Source: Trichomonas gallinae
Taxonomy: Eukaryota
Direction: 5' to 3'
DNA: 64,000 nucleotides
Assembly: GCA_008369845.1 (NCBI GenBank)
Contig: MRSU01003133.1
Location: 1 to 64,000, forward strand
The notes under the pieces are model-generated. The model saw only the letters and a program-made list of their open reading frames with translations, made no database searches and was not told the origin of the DNA. A program made the translations under genes and the position numbers. Below, piece by piece: positions 1 through 11,230 of the stretch. How positions within the stretch are numbered: the stretch's first letter is position 1; every line of letters starts with the position of its first letter.

Positions 1-30
1 TATAACCTAAAATAAAATCCTTTCAAAATA

Positions 31-71
31 GCGTTTGCCTATTTTTCCCGCGTTTGCCTATTTATCCCGCG
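31..71. repeat. 19-bp tandem repeat (gcgtttgcctattt[t/a]tccc x2 + gcg); possible transposon-end remnant or duplicated regulatory site
   Basis: Units at 31-49 and 50-68 differ at one base; GC-rich against an AT-rich background; followed by gactatataa. Confidence 0.8.
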
Positions 72-603
72 ACTATATAAGATTTGGTTTCTCTCATGTT
101 ATTAGAGTGTATAGTATACTATCATGTTTACCTACTAGGTTAGTTCAGTTCTAATCAAATACGCTAGTAGATATCAATTATTAACCTGGTGAATTTTTGA
201 TAAATGTCATATTTTTAGTATCAGCATCTTTACTAAATATAGAATATATATATACAATGCCATAGAAGTATAGAGCAATATTTTATGCATTAAACGGTGT
301 ATTATATATAAATTAGATTAATTCATGCGTGATATGAAACATTTACTTAATAAATAGCATTCGTATTTAAGTAGCCTTTTTTGTTTTTTATATATCTTTG
401 TCTTAATCATCAATAAATATTTTTTGAATTTAAAATTGAGATTTTTTCAATAAAGTTTGTTTTTGTTCTAATTAGAAACATTAGTTCGGCAATTTAAATT
501 TGATTAAACAAACTATTTCCATTAATTCATGAAATTACAATCAAATTATTTGCAACAAATGAAAATACTGACTTAATAATATGATGATTTTTGGTTAAAT
601 TCA

Positions 604-1989
604 TTATTCTTCAAATCTTCCTGTTATGTATGTTTCGTAGAATATTGTTGCTGAATTTGAATATTCATCATCGCATGCATCCGATTCTGCGTAAGTGTCA
701 ATATCATAGCCAGCACAAGTGTTCCTAAATTCGTGCATTTTATCATTTCTATTGAATAATGAGCCAATTGAACATAGAGAATCATATAATTCGTCTTTGT
801 TGATTCCTCTGTCGTGTTTCAAAAGGAATGCATATGCTCGTGCGTAGTTCTTTGGGTCAGGATTTTCTTCATCATCATCTTGGTTGTATTCATTAAACGA
901 TTCAACGAAATGTTGCGGATATTTTGTTGCAACTTTCGCCATGAAGCAGCCAGCCCAGTTTCTGACCTTCATGGTGCCGTTATATATCCTTTTGACTGCT
1001 ATCGCTAATGTGTCATCGATTGTAAATGAGAAATGCCAGTTATCTAATAATTCAGATAATAAAATAAAAGCGCAATTTTCTGATATAATGTCATCATTGG
1101 CTATTGATTTAGTAATAGCATCAGATCCACCGTTTTGCAAGAATAAAATCAAAGTTTCGTGTGGTAAATCGAAACTTAACAGCAAAAATAGCATTGAATT
1201 AATGTTAGAATCCTCTAATTGCCAAAAAACGCATAGTCTTCTGATTAATTCATCGAAATTTTGAGTTACTTCTCGATTATCATTTTGGGTTAATGTTTTA
1301 AGCATTAACTTAATGATATAGAAGGCTGCAGCATTGGAATAGCTAGAATTCAATGCAAAATTGATGAAATGTGCAATGATTTCGTTATTATTTGGATTAA
1401 AATGATATTTTTGGTATTTAACCATAAATCTGTTGATAAGTATATCTAAATTTGGTGCAAAATTGATGTTTGATGCAAGAAGCTCAATAAATTTCGGATC
1501 AAGTTCGGGAACAAAATTAAAATATCTGATCAGTAATTCTAGCATTATTATATCCATTTCTATAACTTGATTCGTTTTTTGTACTGATGAGTCACTTAAT
1601 CGTATTATAATTGATTGTAGAAATTCTTCTGCGATATCAAGCTTGAAAATAGACGTAAAATGATATAGAACTTGAATTATGTTGTGTAATATGTTTATAT
1701 CTGTGGTTTCGATGAAAAGTGCTTGTAATCTGTTAAATAAATCAACATTTTGTAACTTATCTACTCGCTGATGAAAACTATATAACTCAATAAAATATTT
1801 AAGCGATATTTGTATGTTTTGCATGTTGTTATCGAGTAATTGAGCAAGATTTTGATTATACTTCTCAAGTAACTCAAAAAAATGCTTTTGCTGATCAATT
1901 GGCAAGTTATAAGTATCCATATTCCCAAGCCTTACTTGTGACTGTTTTTGAGAAACAGTTATTGAAGCCTTTTTCTCATTTGCTTGCAT
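604..1989 (-). CDS. Hypothetical protein, probably alpha-solenoid (ARM/HEAT-like)
   Basis: 461-aa ATG ORF with Leu/Ile-rich helical pattern; AAAGTGAC motif 8 nt upstream of the ATG. Confidence 0.75.
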   Translation of the reverse strand: MQANEKKASITVSQKQSQVRLGNMDTYNLPIDQQKHFFELLEKYNQNLAQLLDNNMQNIQISLKYFIELYSFHQRVDKLQNVDLFNRLQALFIETTDINILHNIIQVLYHFTSIFKLDIAEEFLQSIIIRLSDSSVQKTNQVIEMDIIMLELLIRYFNFVPELDPKFIELLASNINFAPNLDILINRFMVKYQKYHFNPNNNEIIAHFINFALNSSYSNAAAFYIIKLMLKTLTQNDNREVTQNFDELIRRLCVFWQLEDSNINSMLFLLLSFDLPHETLILFLQNGGSDAITKSIANDDIISENCAFILLSELLDNWHFSFTIDDTLAIAVKRIYNGTMKVRNWAGCFMAKVATKYPQHFVESFNEYNQDDDEENPDPKNYARAYAFLLKHDRGINKDELYDSLCSIGSLFNRNDKMHEFRNTCAGYDIDTYAESDACDDEYSNSATIFYETYITGRFEE

Positions 1990-1997
1990 ATAATATT

Positions 1998-2005
1998 GTC
2001 ACTTT
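1998..2005 (-). promoter_or_regulatory. AAAGTGAC (trichomonad M2-type) 5' motif
   Basis: Minus strand reads aaaagtgacaatattatATG. Confidence 0.7.
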
Positions 2006-3034
2006 TAGGATTTTATTCATTTATGATCAAGTATTTGAAGTAATATGGTTGTTCTTATGTGGATCATTCTAAAATATTGTTGCTTAGAAGCAATTATAAA
2101 TTTTTTATCAAAAAAATAAGCGACAATACTTACTTTTGATAGAAAATATAGATTATATACAAATAATATGTGATATTCATAGATTTGAATCTGGTTGAAA
2201 TCGAATTTTTTGATTTGAAATTAATAAATTTTCAAAAAAATGAAGTATTTTTTGGAGATTATTGTTGAGTTTTTCTTCTAAAATCCGAGGATCACGAAAA
2301 TAAAAACATCATATTTGAGAAGTAGCTTGCAAGATAATGCGAAATTATCAACTTTGGTATTTATATGTATGTTTTGATATAAAAAAAAATGAGAAATAGA
2401 ACTTATGAGCCTAACAATATTGATACTAATGTATAAAATTGCATAAAATATGTTTATTTTCGAATATCAATGTTTTATATGAAAATTCAAAATATTGTTA
2501 CAATATATCGTTTATTATTCAATCTTATGATTTGGATTTATACAATTAAGTCCATTACTTTCTATTGTGCAGGCAATGATATCGACAATAGCCGCCGGTG
2601 ATGTGATAATTCTCGATCATTTTGGAATAAATGAGTTCTTCTATTTCTCGCAAAATTCAGATGCGATATGCGAATAAAAGTACAATTGAGGTAATAAAAT
2701 TATGAAAAAAATAAAAATTTTATTCGAAATAAAAAATATTGAATAAAACCATTGCCTTACTGCAAGTTAGACCATATATTAAGGTGTGATGGATATATGT
2801 TATATATTCATAAAGAAATTCATCGTTTTTGAAATTCAATAAAATTGTTGGATTTATAATTCGGGACAAAACCTTAACGACTATAAGTATTGCTCCCATA
2901 TAATATGATATCACATGTCTCGATCGCAACGTATAGATTTTTAAACGTATATTCCCGCAATTTTAAACCAGACCATTTCATTGCCAATAATATCCATATC
3001 CCAAAATAAAGAAGTCACAAAATCGGAATAAGAA

Positions 3035-3057
3035 TTTTTGGCGCCAAAAAAGGTGAC
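3035..3057 (+). promoter_or_regulatory. 16-bp palindrome TTTTTGGCGCCAAAAA (E2F-like site) abutting an AAGGTGAC M2-like motif
   Basis: Perfect palindrome at 3035-3050, aaggtgac at 3050-3057, ATG at 3060. Confidence 0.55.
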
Positions 3058-3059
3058 AA

Positions 3060-4238
3060 ATGTCTACACGCGCGCTCAAAAATCGCAGAGTCGCGTCCTA
3101 CAAATTCTCTGACTCTGATGACTCGAATGACGGCGATTGGCAGCAAGACTCATCTTCTGATGACGAAGCACTGCCAAAAAGACGGAGGACACAGCGTAAA
3201 CAAAGAGATTTCACTTGGGGCGAAAAACCCAGACAGTCAAGGACGGACAAATCCAAGGGAATCCCACTTGGTTTGATGGCTTACAACCCACCAGCCAAGT
3301 TTGTTACCGATTTCTCAAAAGATGACCTTCATCACTGCCCAGGCGGTGATCCATGCGAGTTCGTTGAATTTTCGAAGCTTCAAGATATAGTTCTCCGCCC
3401 AGAAGAGTACATCAACTCTAAATACAGAGGTGTTAACACATTTTTGACCAACTTTAGACCAGATGATCCGGATAAACTGAAATACTTCGGTTACGAGGCA
3501 GAGCTTGTCAAGACAGACGTTAATGAGATCAGAGCACTTACTGACGAACAACTTGATGAAGAAATCGAGAAAATAGAACTCGAAATCAAGAAGTATGACA
3601 CAAAGGGAGACTGCACATGCACAGTAATCCCAGCTTTTGACGAGACAATCAAGAACTCCGCAGCTATTCAGTGCGATGTCCGTTCTTTCCCGTTCGATAA
3701 ACTCGGCGAAATTACACAGTTCGATGTTATCACGATGGATCCACCGTGGATCATCGCACAGGCGACAATCACAAGAGGTGTCGCAATCAATTACGACCAA
3801 CTCGGCACCGATACGATTGGCCAGATTCCACTTCACAAGATTCAGAAAAACGGCTATATCTTTGTATGGGTAATTGCTTCACAGCTTGAAAATGGTATCC
3901 AACTCCTCAAGAATTGGGGATATGAGTTTCTCACTTATCTTAATTGGGTTAAGATCTCCAAATATGGACGCTACATGCCATCTCATGGTTACTATCTTCA
4001 GCACAACAAGGAAACAGTCCTTATCGGAAAGAAGGGCAAAGATCCAGAAAACATGCAAGCAGATAAGTTCAATGATCTCATCATACAGCAGAGAGGCCTC
4101 CGCCAGAGCCACAAGCCTGTTGAGATCTATGAGTTAATCGAACGCGTCTTTCCAAATTCAATGTATTTGGAAATCTTCGCCAGACCACACAACCTTCGTG
4201 AGGGATGGGTTTCAATGGGTCTTGAAGTCCCTAATTAG
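3060..4238 (+). CDS. MT-A70 family adenine methyltransferase, AMT1/MTA1-like (candidate DNA 6mA methyltransferase subunit)
   Basis: FDVITMDPPW catalytic motif; TRGVAINYDQL, GYIFVW, HGYYLQHNKE, QSHKPVEIYELIE and LEIFARPHNLREGWVSMG resemble ciliate MTA1; N-terminal NLS-like PKRRR. Confidence 0.9.
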   Translation: MSTRALKNRRVASYKFSDSDDSNDGDWQQDSSSDDEALPKRRRTQRKQRDFTWGEKPRQSRTDKSKGIPLGLMAYNPPAKFVTDFSKDDLHHCPGGDPCEFVEFSKLQDIVLRPEEYINSKYRGVNTFLTNFRPDDPDKLKYFGYEAELVKTDVNEIRALTDEQLDEEIEKIELEIKKYDTKGDCTCTVIPAFDETIKNSAAIQCDVRSFPFDKLGEITQFDVITMDPPWIIAQATITRGVAINYDQLGTDTIGQIPLHKIQKNGYIFVWVIASQLENGIQLLKNWGYEFLTYLNWVKISKYGRYMPSHGYYLQHNKETVLIGKKGKDPENMQADKFNDLIIQQRGLRQSHKPVEIYELIERVFPNSMYLEIFARPHNLREGWVSMGLEVPN

Positions 4239-4540
4239 ATATGATTTGTTATTGTAATAAAATATATGATCAATCTTACGAATTTGAACTTTTTCTCATT
4301 CTACAATACAACAATTGACAGTATAAGTCAGTGCATTGTCATAAATCATATGATATTTTAACAAATAATTTTATTATTAAATATAGAGTTTTTATCTTGT
4401 GATATTATTTTAGGTAACTCAATTTATATGTAATTCTTTGTAATTTGTTGAGTTTTGTTGGTATGTTAAAAATTTTTTGATTTAAAATGATTTTTAAAAA
4501 CAATAAACATGACGTATTTATTATTAATGAACTAGTAATA

Positions 4541-4729
4541 TTAATTCATCTTGGTATATGCATATGCAACGAATACAAATGGAAGTAAGAATAAAATTAA
4601 TTTCAATAAAGACATGTGCTCGAATGATTTGTATTCTGCCGGCAGTAATTTTTCTTGTGTGACTTTTTCGTGAATCTTTAACTGGTTAATTTCGACTTCG
4701 TCTAAAACAACTTTACGTTTATTCTCCAT
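4541..4729 (-). CDS. Small 62-aa protein with C-terminal hydrophobic helix (candidate tail-anchored micro-protein)
   Basis: ATG preceded by aaaaagtgacattaa, as for neighbouring real genes; LLKLILFLLPFVFVAYAY hydrophobic segment near the C-terminus. Confidence 0.55.
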   Translation of the reverse strand: MENKRKVVLDEVEINQLKIHEKVTQEKLLPAEYKSFEHMSLLKLILFLLPFVFVAYAYTKMN

Positions 4730-4938
4730 TTAATGTCACTTTTTATAATATATTAAATTCCAAATTTCTATCATAATTAGAATCAAATTATTATAAATCT
4801 CACTTTTTGTCATATAAACAGTCAAAAATATTAAATTTTTCACTCGTTTTTTGAAATGTTCAAATTGAAGCTTTAGAATTATGTGGTAATATGATAAAGA
4901 GGATACAATTATTAAATCATTATACAAATACAAACAAT

Positions 4939-6039
4939 TTATTCGTCATAATTAAACCAAGGATGACTTAATATTTGATGGGAATTATATCGTTTTTTAG
5001 GATCTCTTTGAAGTATATGGCCAAATAGATCCCGTAATTCCGCAGATATTTTAACAGTATCAGGATAAACAATTTCATTATTCGAAATAACCTGAGATAT
5101 ATGAAAAAAGTGTGTCTTCAAGGCATTTTCATCATTGGGCTCGAAAAATGGAAGCTTCCCGTATATTATTAAATACAATATTATTCCAAAGGCCCAGATA
5201 TCAGCTGGTTTCCCTTGATATGGCTCACCTGAACATATCTCTGGCGAATAAAACACTGGTGTGCCTTCTGTATCAGATAAAAGTTCAGATGGATCATCAA
5301 GTAGCTTCGAAACTGAGAAATCTGATATTCCTACATGGCCGTCCTCAAAGCATAGCACATTTTCGGGCTTTAAATCGCGATGTATTATATTCATAGAATG
5401 AAGATAATCTAATCCTGAAGCAATCTGTCTAAATATGTTTTTAGAAGCATTTTCATCTAACCGTTCCGCACTCCAGCTGCTTTTAGAGAGACTTCCTTTC
5501 TCTGCGTAAGGAATAATTAAAACAAGAGAATTTGTTGGTTGATCATCTAAAACTTCGATAAGTGATACTATATTTGGATGCTGGCACATTGACATAAGCT
5601 TAATTTCATTATATACTTTCTCAATCGGCTGATTCGCTGTTCCAATCTTTTTTTGATATAGGTAATTTGGATCATATACCTTAGCAGCATACTGTATATT
5701 GTTTTCTGTATTGATTACAAGAAAAACATCGGATGCAGATCCATGCCCGATGTGATGTTGAAATTGATATTCTAATATACAAGGTTTTTCTATAGGATTA
5801 AAGAAACTTGGACAATCGGTAACCGTTAGGCATTCAAGCGACATAATCGATGATTGCATAAAACTCTTATCTGTTAAAATTAGCGGTGAAGTATCTGTAG
5901 TAATCATTAACTGGTCATCTGTATTGATATACATCGGTTCCACAGGGTCATCACTAGACTCAGGTGGTGCACCATCATTTCCACTCTCGCTGGGTTCTGG
6001 AGACGGGGCAACTCTCGCTGTAGAGCTACCACAACCCAT
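4939..6039 (-). CDS. CaMKK-like Ser/Thr protein kinase with N-terminal MGCGSS acylation motif
   Basis: IGHGSAS, AAK, HRDLKPEN, DFS, GTPVFYSPE and ADIWAFG motifs; first ATG at 6039 (the ORF track starts at an upstream TTG). Confidence 0.92.
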   Translation of the reverse strand: MGCGSSTARVAPSPEPSESGNDGAPPESSDDPVEPMYINTDDQLMITTDTSPLILTDKSFMQSSIMSLECLTVTDCPSFFNPIEKPCILEYQFQHHIGHGSASDVFLVINTENNIQYAAKVYDPNYLYQKKIGTANQPIEKVYNEIKLMSMCQHPNIVSLIEVLDDQPTNSLVLIIPYAEKGSLSKSSWSAERLDENASKNIFRQIASGLDYLHSMNIIHRDLKPENVLCFEDGHVGISDFSVSKLLDDPSELLSDTEGTPVFYSPEICSGEPYQGKPADIWAFGIILYLIIYGKLPFFEPNDENALKTHFFHISQVISNNEIVYPDTVKISAELRDLFGHILQRDPKKRYNSHQILSHPWFNYDE

Positions 6040-7568
6040 TAAAGAAAAAACACGTTTTTCTCTCAAATTTAGTTCACATTTCTGATGCTAAATTACGCAT
6101 CTTTGTATGACGGGACACTTGTTTCCGTTAACATTGAACGTTTTTAGAAATATCCAAATTTTGTGAGCATAACAGGTGACAGTCACCATCTCAAAAATTG
6201 CGTATTTTGGACCCTGCAATTTTACTATCATTATTTTTTGCTTTTTTCTAAATCCGTGCGTCCAGTTGCGCATATGATTTATTTCTAAAATCATTTTGAA
6301 TTTTACGGGTAAATAATTTTTTACAGGAAAAATTACTGAGGTTTCAGACATAATACGCCTTACCAATTATCATTATAGATCAAGAACACTTAAAAATGAT
6401 TACAAAACCATATGCCTACTGTACAAATTTTAATTTTGAAGAACTAAATAATGATTTTCAATATATACCAGTGAAATAATTAGCTACTAAAAGTGTAAAA
6501 ATAGTATCAGCTATGAATATACTAAATAAGTCATAAATTAGTGAAATTATGTTCTATTTCGTAACTAATCTATTAAATATGCACAGTTTCCATTTGTAAT
6601 CCAACGATATAAGTCAATATTATTATATATATCCGACAGATTCAAGAAAAAGCAGCTTCTATAATTTATGTAAAAAATTTGCTGTTTAATTTGCAATCGT
6701 TACTCAACGGTTTGGGTACATGTCAAAATAAATCGATTGGTTATGTACTTACCAAATGCATCTGACTTATTTTGTTCGAAATGTACTCGATTGAATTTAT
6801 TTTTTCTTTGAGATATAAGTTTATCACTATTTTACTATATACGATAGATATTATATGAAAATATGGATATCTTGTATCGTGCATTTATTCTAAAGCTCAA
6901 TAAATTTGAGGTTGATATAAATCCATAATAATTTTATTTTGATAATTCGTTATATATGTTATATAAATACAATCATTAGAGTCTATATAGCATTTTAGTT
7001 ATTGTCTCATGACCATAATAATGATTTTTTAAATTCTCGATTTCAACAATGCATCTGGAATCACAATTTTCGGAACTTATTCGATAGTATATTATATTTC
7101 TATTTGTCATATAATAGTTAAATTTCATAATTCCACCATAATTTTTTTAACAGTTGCCAAAGAATCATATTATGTCTCTGCGATTTAAAATACAAGCACT
7201 AGATATGATTTAGAGTATAGATTTATAGTAAAAACAAGATATAAGAAATTGGATACCATTCAAATGTTTTCAGAAGAATAGTGACCAAATTTATTCTCAA
7301 AATTCCGTTAATCCGATTAGACCAAGATTTTAGCATCTTTATTCTTTTAAAGATATTTTCTGGCTAAATAAATCAAATTGACGTTGTTTTTATTTTAATT
7401 TCAAAAACAAGATCGACAACAAGGTATATTGAAGAATGAAATATCATCTATATAATGATAAGTATTTTGTTATGCAACGGGAATGTTTAAAAAATGATCG
7501 TCAAAATATTTCAATATGGCAAAAGAAATTTAAAAATTAACCGAATAATATCTCTACATACAAACATT

Positions 7569-8369
7569 TTATGCACTAATTGGTGAAGGAAGTGAACCAA
7601 ATATGGGTAATACCATAGGTTGTGGAATTTCATGAATCTTCGTGAAGGTGGCCCACCTTTCTGCGAAAACATCATGCTCTTCTACCTTCTGGGTTCTATT
7701 CAAGAGTGTTTCAACGTCAAGGAACACTCTGCATTTCGGTGGCTGTTCAGGGAAATATCTGTCAGCCATTAATACTTCACCTGGCGTAACAGTTTTTTCG
7801 ATAATACCAACAACTTCTAATATATGAGATATCTGATATAATTTGCAAAGTGTTGTTTTGAATCTGAGATTCACTCTGCTGAGGAAAAGTGCGATCTGCT
7901 TTATATCAAGAACCTTCTTATTTAATGCAAGGAATGATAAGAGAAACTGATTAGCGAGGTTCGCAATGGTAATGGAGTCACTTGTCGGGAACAAATCTTC
8001 CATATCTGATTTTGGAGAATACAAAGCGTGATTCTTTGCAATTGTTTCAAGGTGTGGTTTAACATTTGATAAACCAAGCCATGTGAAACAATCGAAATTA
8101 GTTTTGGAACAGCATCCTGCGGCTTCCAAAACGTTAACAACATCATAGAACCTCCTACGCTGGAAGCCAAATCTTGTGCAAAGTTGAGAAATAGTATAAT
8201 TTTGCTTGGGTTCAATCTCAAGAGTTTCGACCAACATGACAATAGATGCTCTGAATGAGTCTATTCCCTTTGGGAACTGTATGGGAACAACTGGCTGGTT
8301 GAACTGTACTTGTGGAAAGAACATCGGGTACATCATACGCGTATTTAAATAAATACCATTTGAAGGCAT
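7569..8369 (-). CDS. E2F-family winged-helix transcription factor with two DNA-binding domains (atypical E2F7/8/DEL-like)
   Basis: RRRFYDVVNVLEAAG in domain 1; LANQFLLSFL...FKTTLCKLYQISHILEVVGIIEK in domain 2; first ATG at 8369. Confidence 0.8.
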   Translation of the reverse strand: MPSNGIYLNTRMMYPMFFPQVQFNQPVVPIQFPKGIDSFRASIVMLVETLEIEPKQNYTISQLCTRFGFQRRRFYDVVNVLEAAGCCSKTNFDCFTWLGLSNVKPHLETIAKNHALYSPKSDMEDLFPTSDSITIANLANQFLLSFLALNKKVLDIKQIALFLSRVNLRFKTTLCKLYQISHILEVVGIIEKTVTPGEVLMADRYFPEQPPKCRVFLDVETLLNRTQKVEEHDVFAERWATFTKIHEIPQPMVLPIFGSLPSPISA

Positions 8370-11230
8370 ATACAATTAATTCATCGGTTTCAGAAATTGA
8401 GAGCCGCTAATTTTTTATGGCTCTTAATTTTTTTTTTTTGAACCCCCGCATTCAAATTGAGAGTACACAAAACCATAACTACCGAATTCAGAGAGTTCTC
8501 CATAGTCCACTCATGTAATACTAATAATACACTATTATTTTATGATATAATTGGAAACAACTCTGTAATTATTTTCTTCACATGAAGCAATTGCAAATAC
8601 TATTATATCCAATTATAACTATAACTAGATGATGAAAGTAAAATCAAATGTATCTGAAATTTTTGTTACACAAAAATATGCAGAATTAAATAAGAATCAT
8701 ATTACATATCAGTAAAAAAGCCTAATGAAAATATTGAGAATCAAATTCACTTGGGTAAATCATAAAACGATAAGAACAAAATATTTATAAAAATGCTGAA
8801 TATACTAAAAATATGATAATTATTAATATGGGTTCAGCCGATGAGTAATTTTTCAGAATCGTTTTTCAATGCAAAATTGAATATAAATCATCGTTTTCTC
8901 AACATTGAATATGATTGTTTTTCGTATGCATTTAGAAGCATGTCTATTGCAAAATATCAAATTTTGGATTTAATTGACCAAGACGTTTTTTTAGATTATG
9001 TTTGGTCATAATTTTGGGTATGATTTTCTTGAATAAATGGAATATACACATGATTTGAATGCTGTTTATCAACTTTTTAGTCTCTAAATCCAATATAAAC
9101 TTCAGAATTTTGTTTTTCTTAAAAGAAATCACCTCATATATATCTATAAGATATATAATTTAGATATTAAGTTTTTATCCATTTATCTGCTAAAATATAT
9201 ATTTTTCGATTTTATATCTGAATTTCAGTCAATACTACATGTAAAAATTACTTAATAAATTGTTTTAATAATGATATATAATTCATTTTGTTATTAACTC
9301 ATAGTTTATTATATATTTTCCAATATTATTGACTCAAATCTTGAATTAAATATCACCACAATCATGTAATAGTCGATACAAGTTTAAACCAATTGAAAAT
9401 ATGCTGTTTAACCCTTTCAACTGTATGATCAATTCAATTTATCTTTTTATTAATAATTTGCTTTATAACCTCTAATTTAATCCACACACACATAGCTATA
9501 TTGATTCCCTTAATCTCTCGTAAATCAACAATAAAGACTTTTCATGAAATCACTTTTTCTCATTGAACTCCTCCTTTTTTCAAAATATTCGTAATTTATA
9601 TTCCTAATATGATGTGCATATGAATTTTAAACCTAAAACTCTTGAAGCATCGAAAATTTCGGTTTTCTTTTCGGATTCAAAAAGGAAATTAAACGAAACA
9701 ACGAATTATGTTGAGTGCAGTTATCCAACTTATCCAATAATTGATAAAGACGTCTGAAAAATTTCACTGAATAAAGAGATCATTTTCTGAAACAAAATAT
9801 CAACAATTAATATTTTGTATATTACCTCACTAATCATCCATTCTATCTACGCTAATTTTACGGTTTTGGTTCAAATTTATAACAGTATAAAGTGTTGTAT
9901 AATACATTACTATTATTATCATATTGTTTATTTGATTTTGTTCGTTAGACAATAGCCTTATCAAGTTAATATCTAATAGTAGTGTGCTGATGATTGTGTC
10001 TATGTATTTTTCATCTTAAATAATCACCTTTTCGTGGTTTTGCGGTAAGATTTCTGACAATGATTTTCTATTTTTCGTTTTTTGATCATCATCCTTTTAA
10101 ATATAGCTTATATTGTATAATATCTTTTCAATTTTCATTTCATTGCCTTTTTTCTAGCGGCATATTTTCTCGAAATCAGTTAATTTTCTTTGTCTCAGTC
10201 GGATACAAAAATAAGTCATTAACTATAATTATCTATAGTTCACAGATGCCAATGTTAAACGATTTGTCCAATTCTATGAATAATAAATATCTTTATTTCT
10301 AAAGTAGTTTCGACCATCATTTGAACTTTGCAATGAACTGATATCATATATATTAGAAAATATTTATAATTATACAACTGTAAAATGTTCATATACATCG
10401 ATAATCTCAATATAATTTTATATGTATATTTCTTTTTTCTACAGAGATTTTCCGGACAATTCATGCATTCACATACTATAGAAGAATTATATATTATATT
10501 CAAACTAATAGTTTCTCAATCGATTCCACCGGTAGATTCAAAAATTGCAAAAAATATTGGAAATGAGATTTTTATTGCATGGAAACACTATCTCATGATG
10601 TATTGGATGTATAGACAATAAACTAGTTTTCAACGAGTTAATTCACTCAAATTCAATTTCTATTGTTATCTATAATTAGACCAAACATTATTTTCCAAAT
10701 TGTATTAGATGGACAAAATATAGAAAGACAATTTGCACATATTGTACGTGAATTATCCATGATTATTGTTGAATATATTTTTTTCATTCCTCACTTTTAC
10801 CGATAAATGCATCATTAATAGTTCATTTTCAAATATACATAGATGATATATGCATATTTTAAAAGCATATTACTTATTATTCAAGATTTGAAATTTTCAA
10901 ATTATAAAAATGCTATCAAACCAGCATTCGAACAAATAACAAACTTGGTTTGATATAATGAAGGATTTTATGTTAAGAAAACATATAATTGCATAAGAAT
11001 ATTATTCTTTGGAAATGATCTCCGTATGCCTCAAAAATTAAGCGAGAATATGATATTTTATAGATAGTGCTATATATATAAATGGATTACGAGTGATAAG
11101 ACAAAATCATTAAAAAATGAAAACTGACAAATCGCTCGTAGTCGCATATATATTTATATTGGCTCATTTTCCAGCAAAATATAAAAATAAAAATGAGAAA
11201 TTTCGTAAAAAAATCATTTTATAATTTTTC

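Noticed and set aside
2550..2676. Short coding-like stretch (MISTIAAGDVIILDHFG...)
   Set aside because: It is only about 40 codons with no recognisable family or promoter motif
9600..10800. Possible decayed gene remnants and short ORFs in the long intergenic region (similar cases at 22020-22480, 44592-44930 and 52386-52733)
   Set aside because: They are AT-rich and low-information, with no assignable homology by eye
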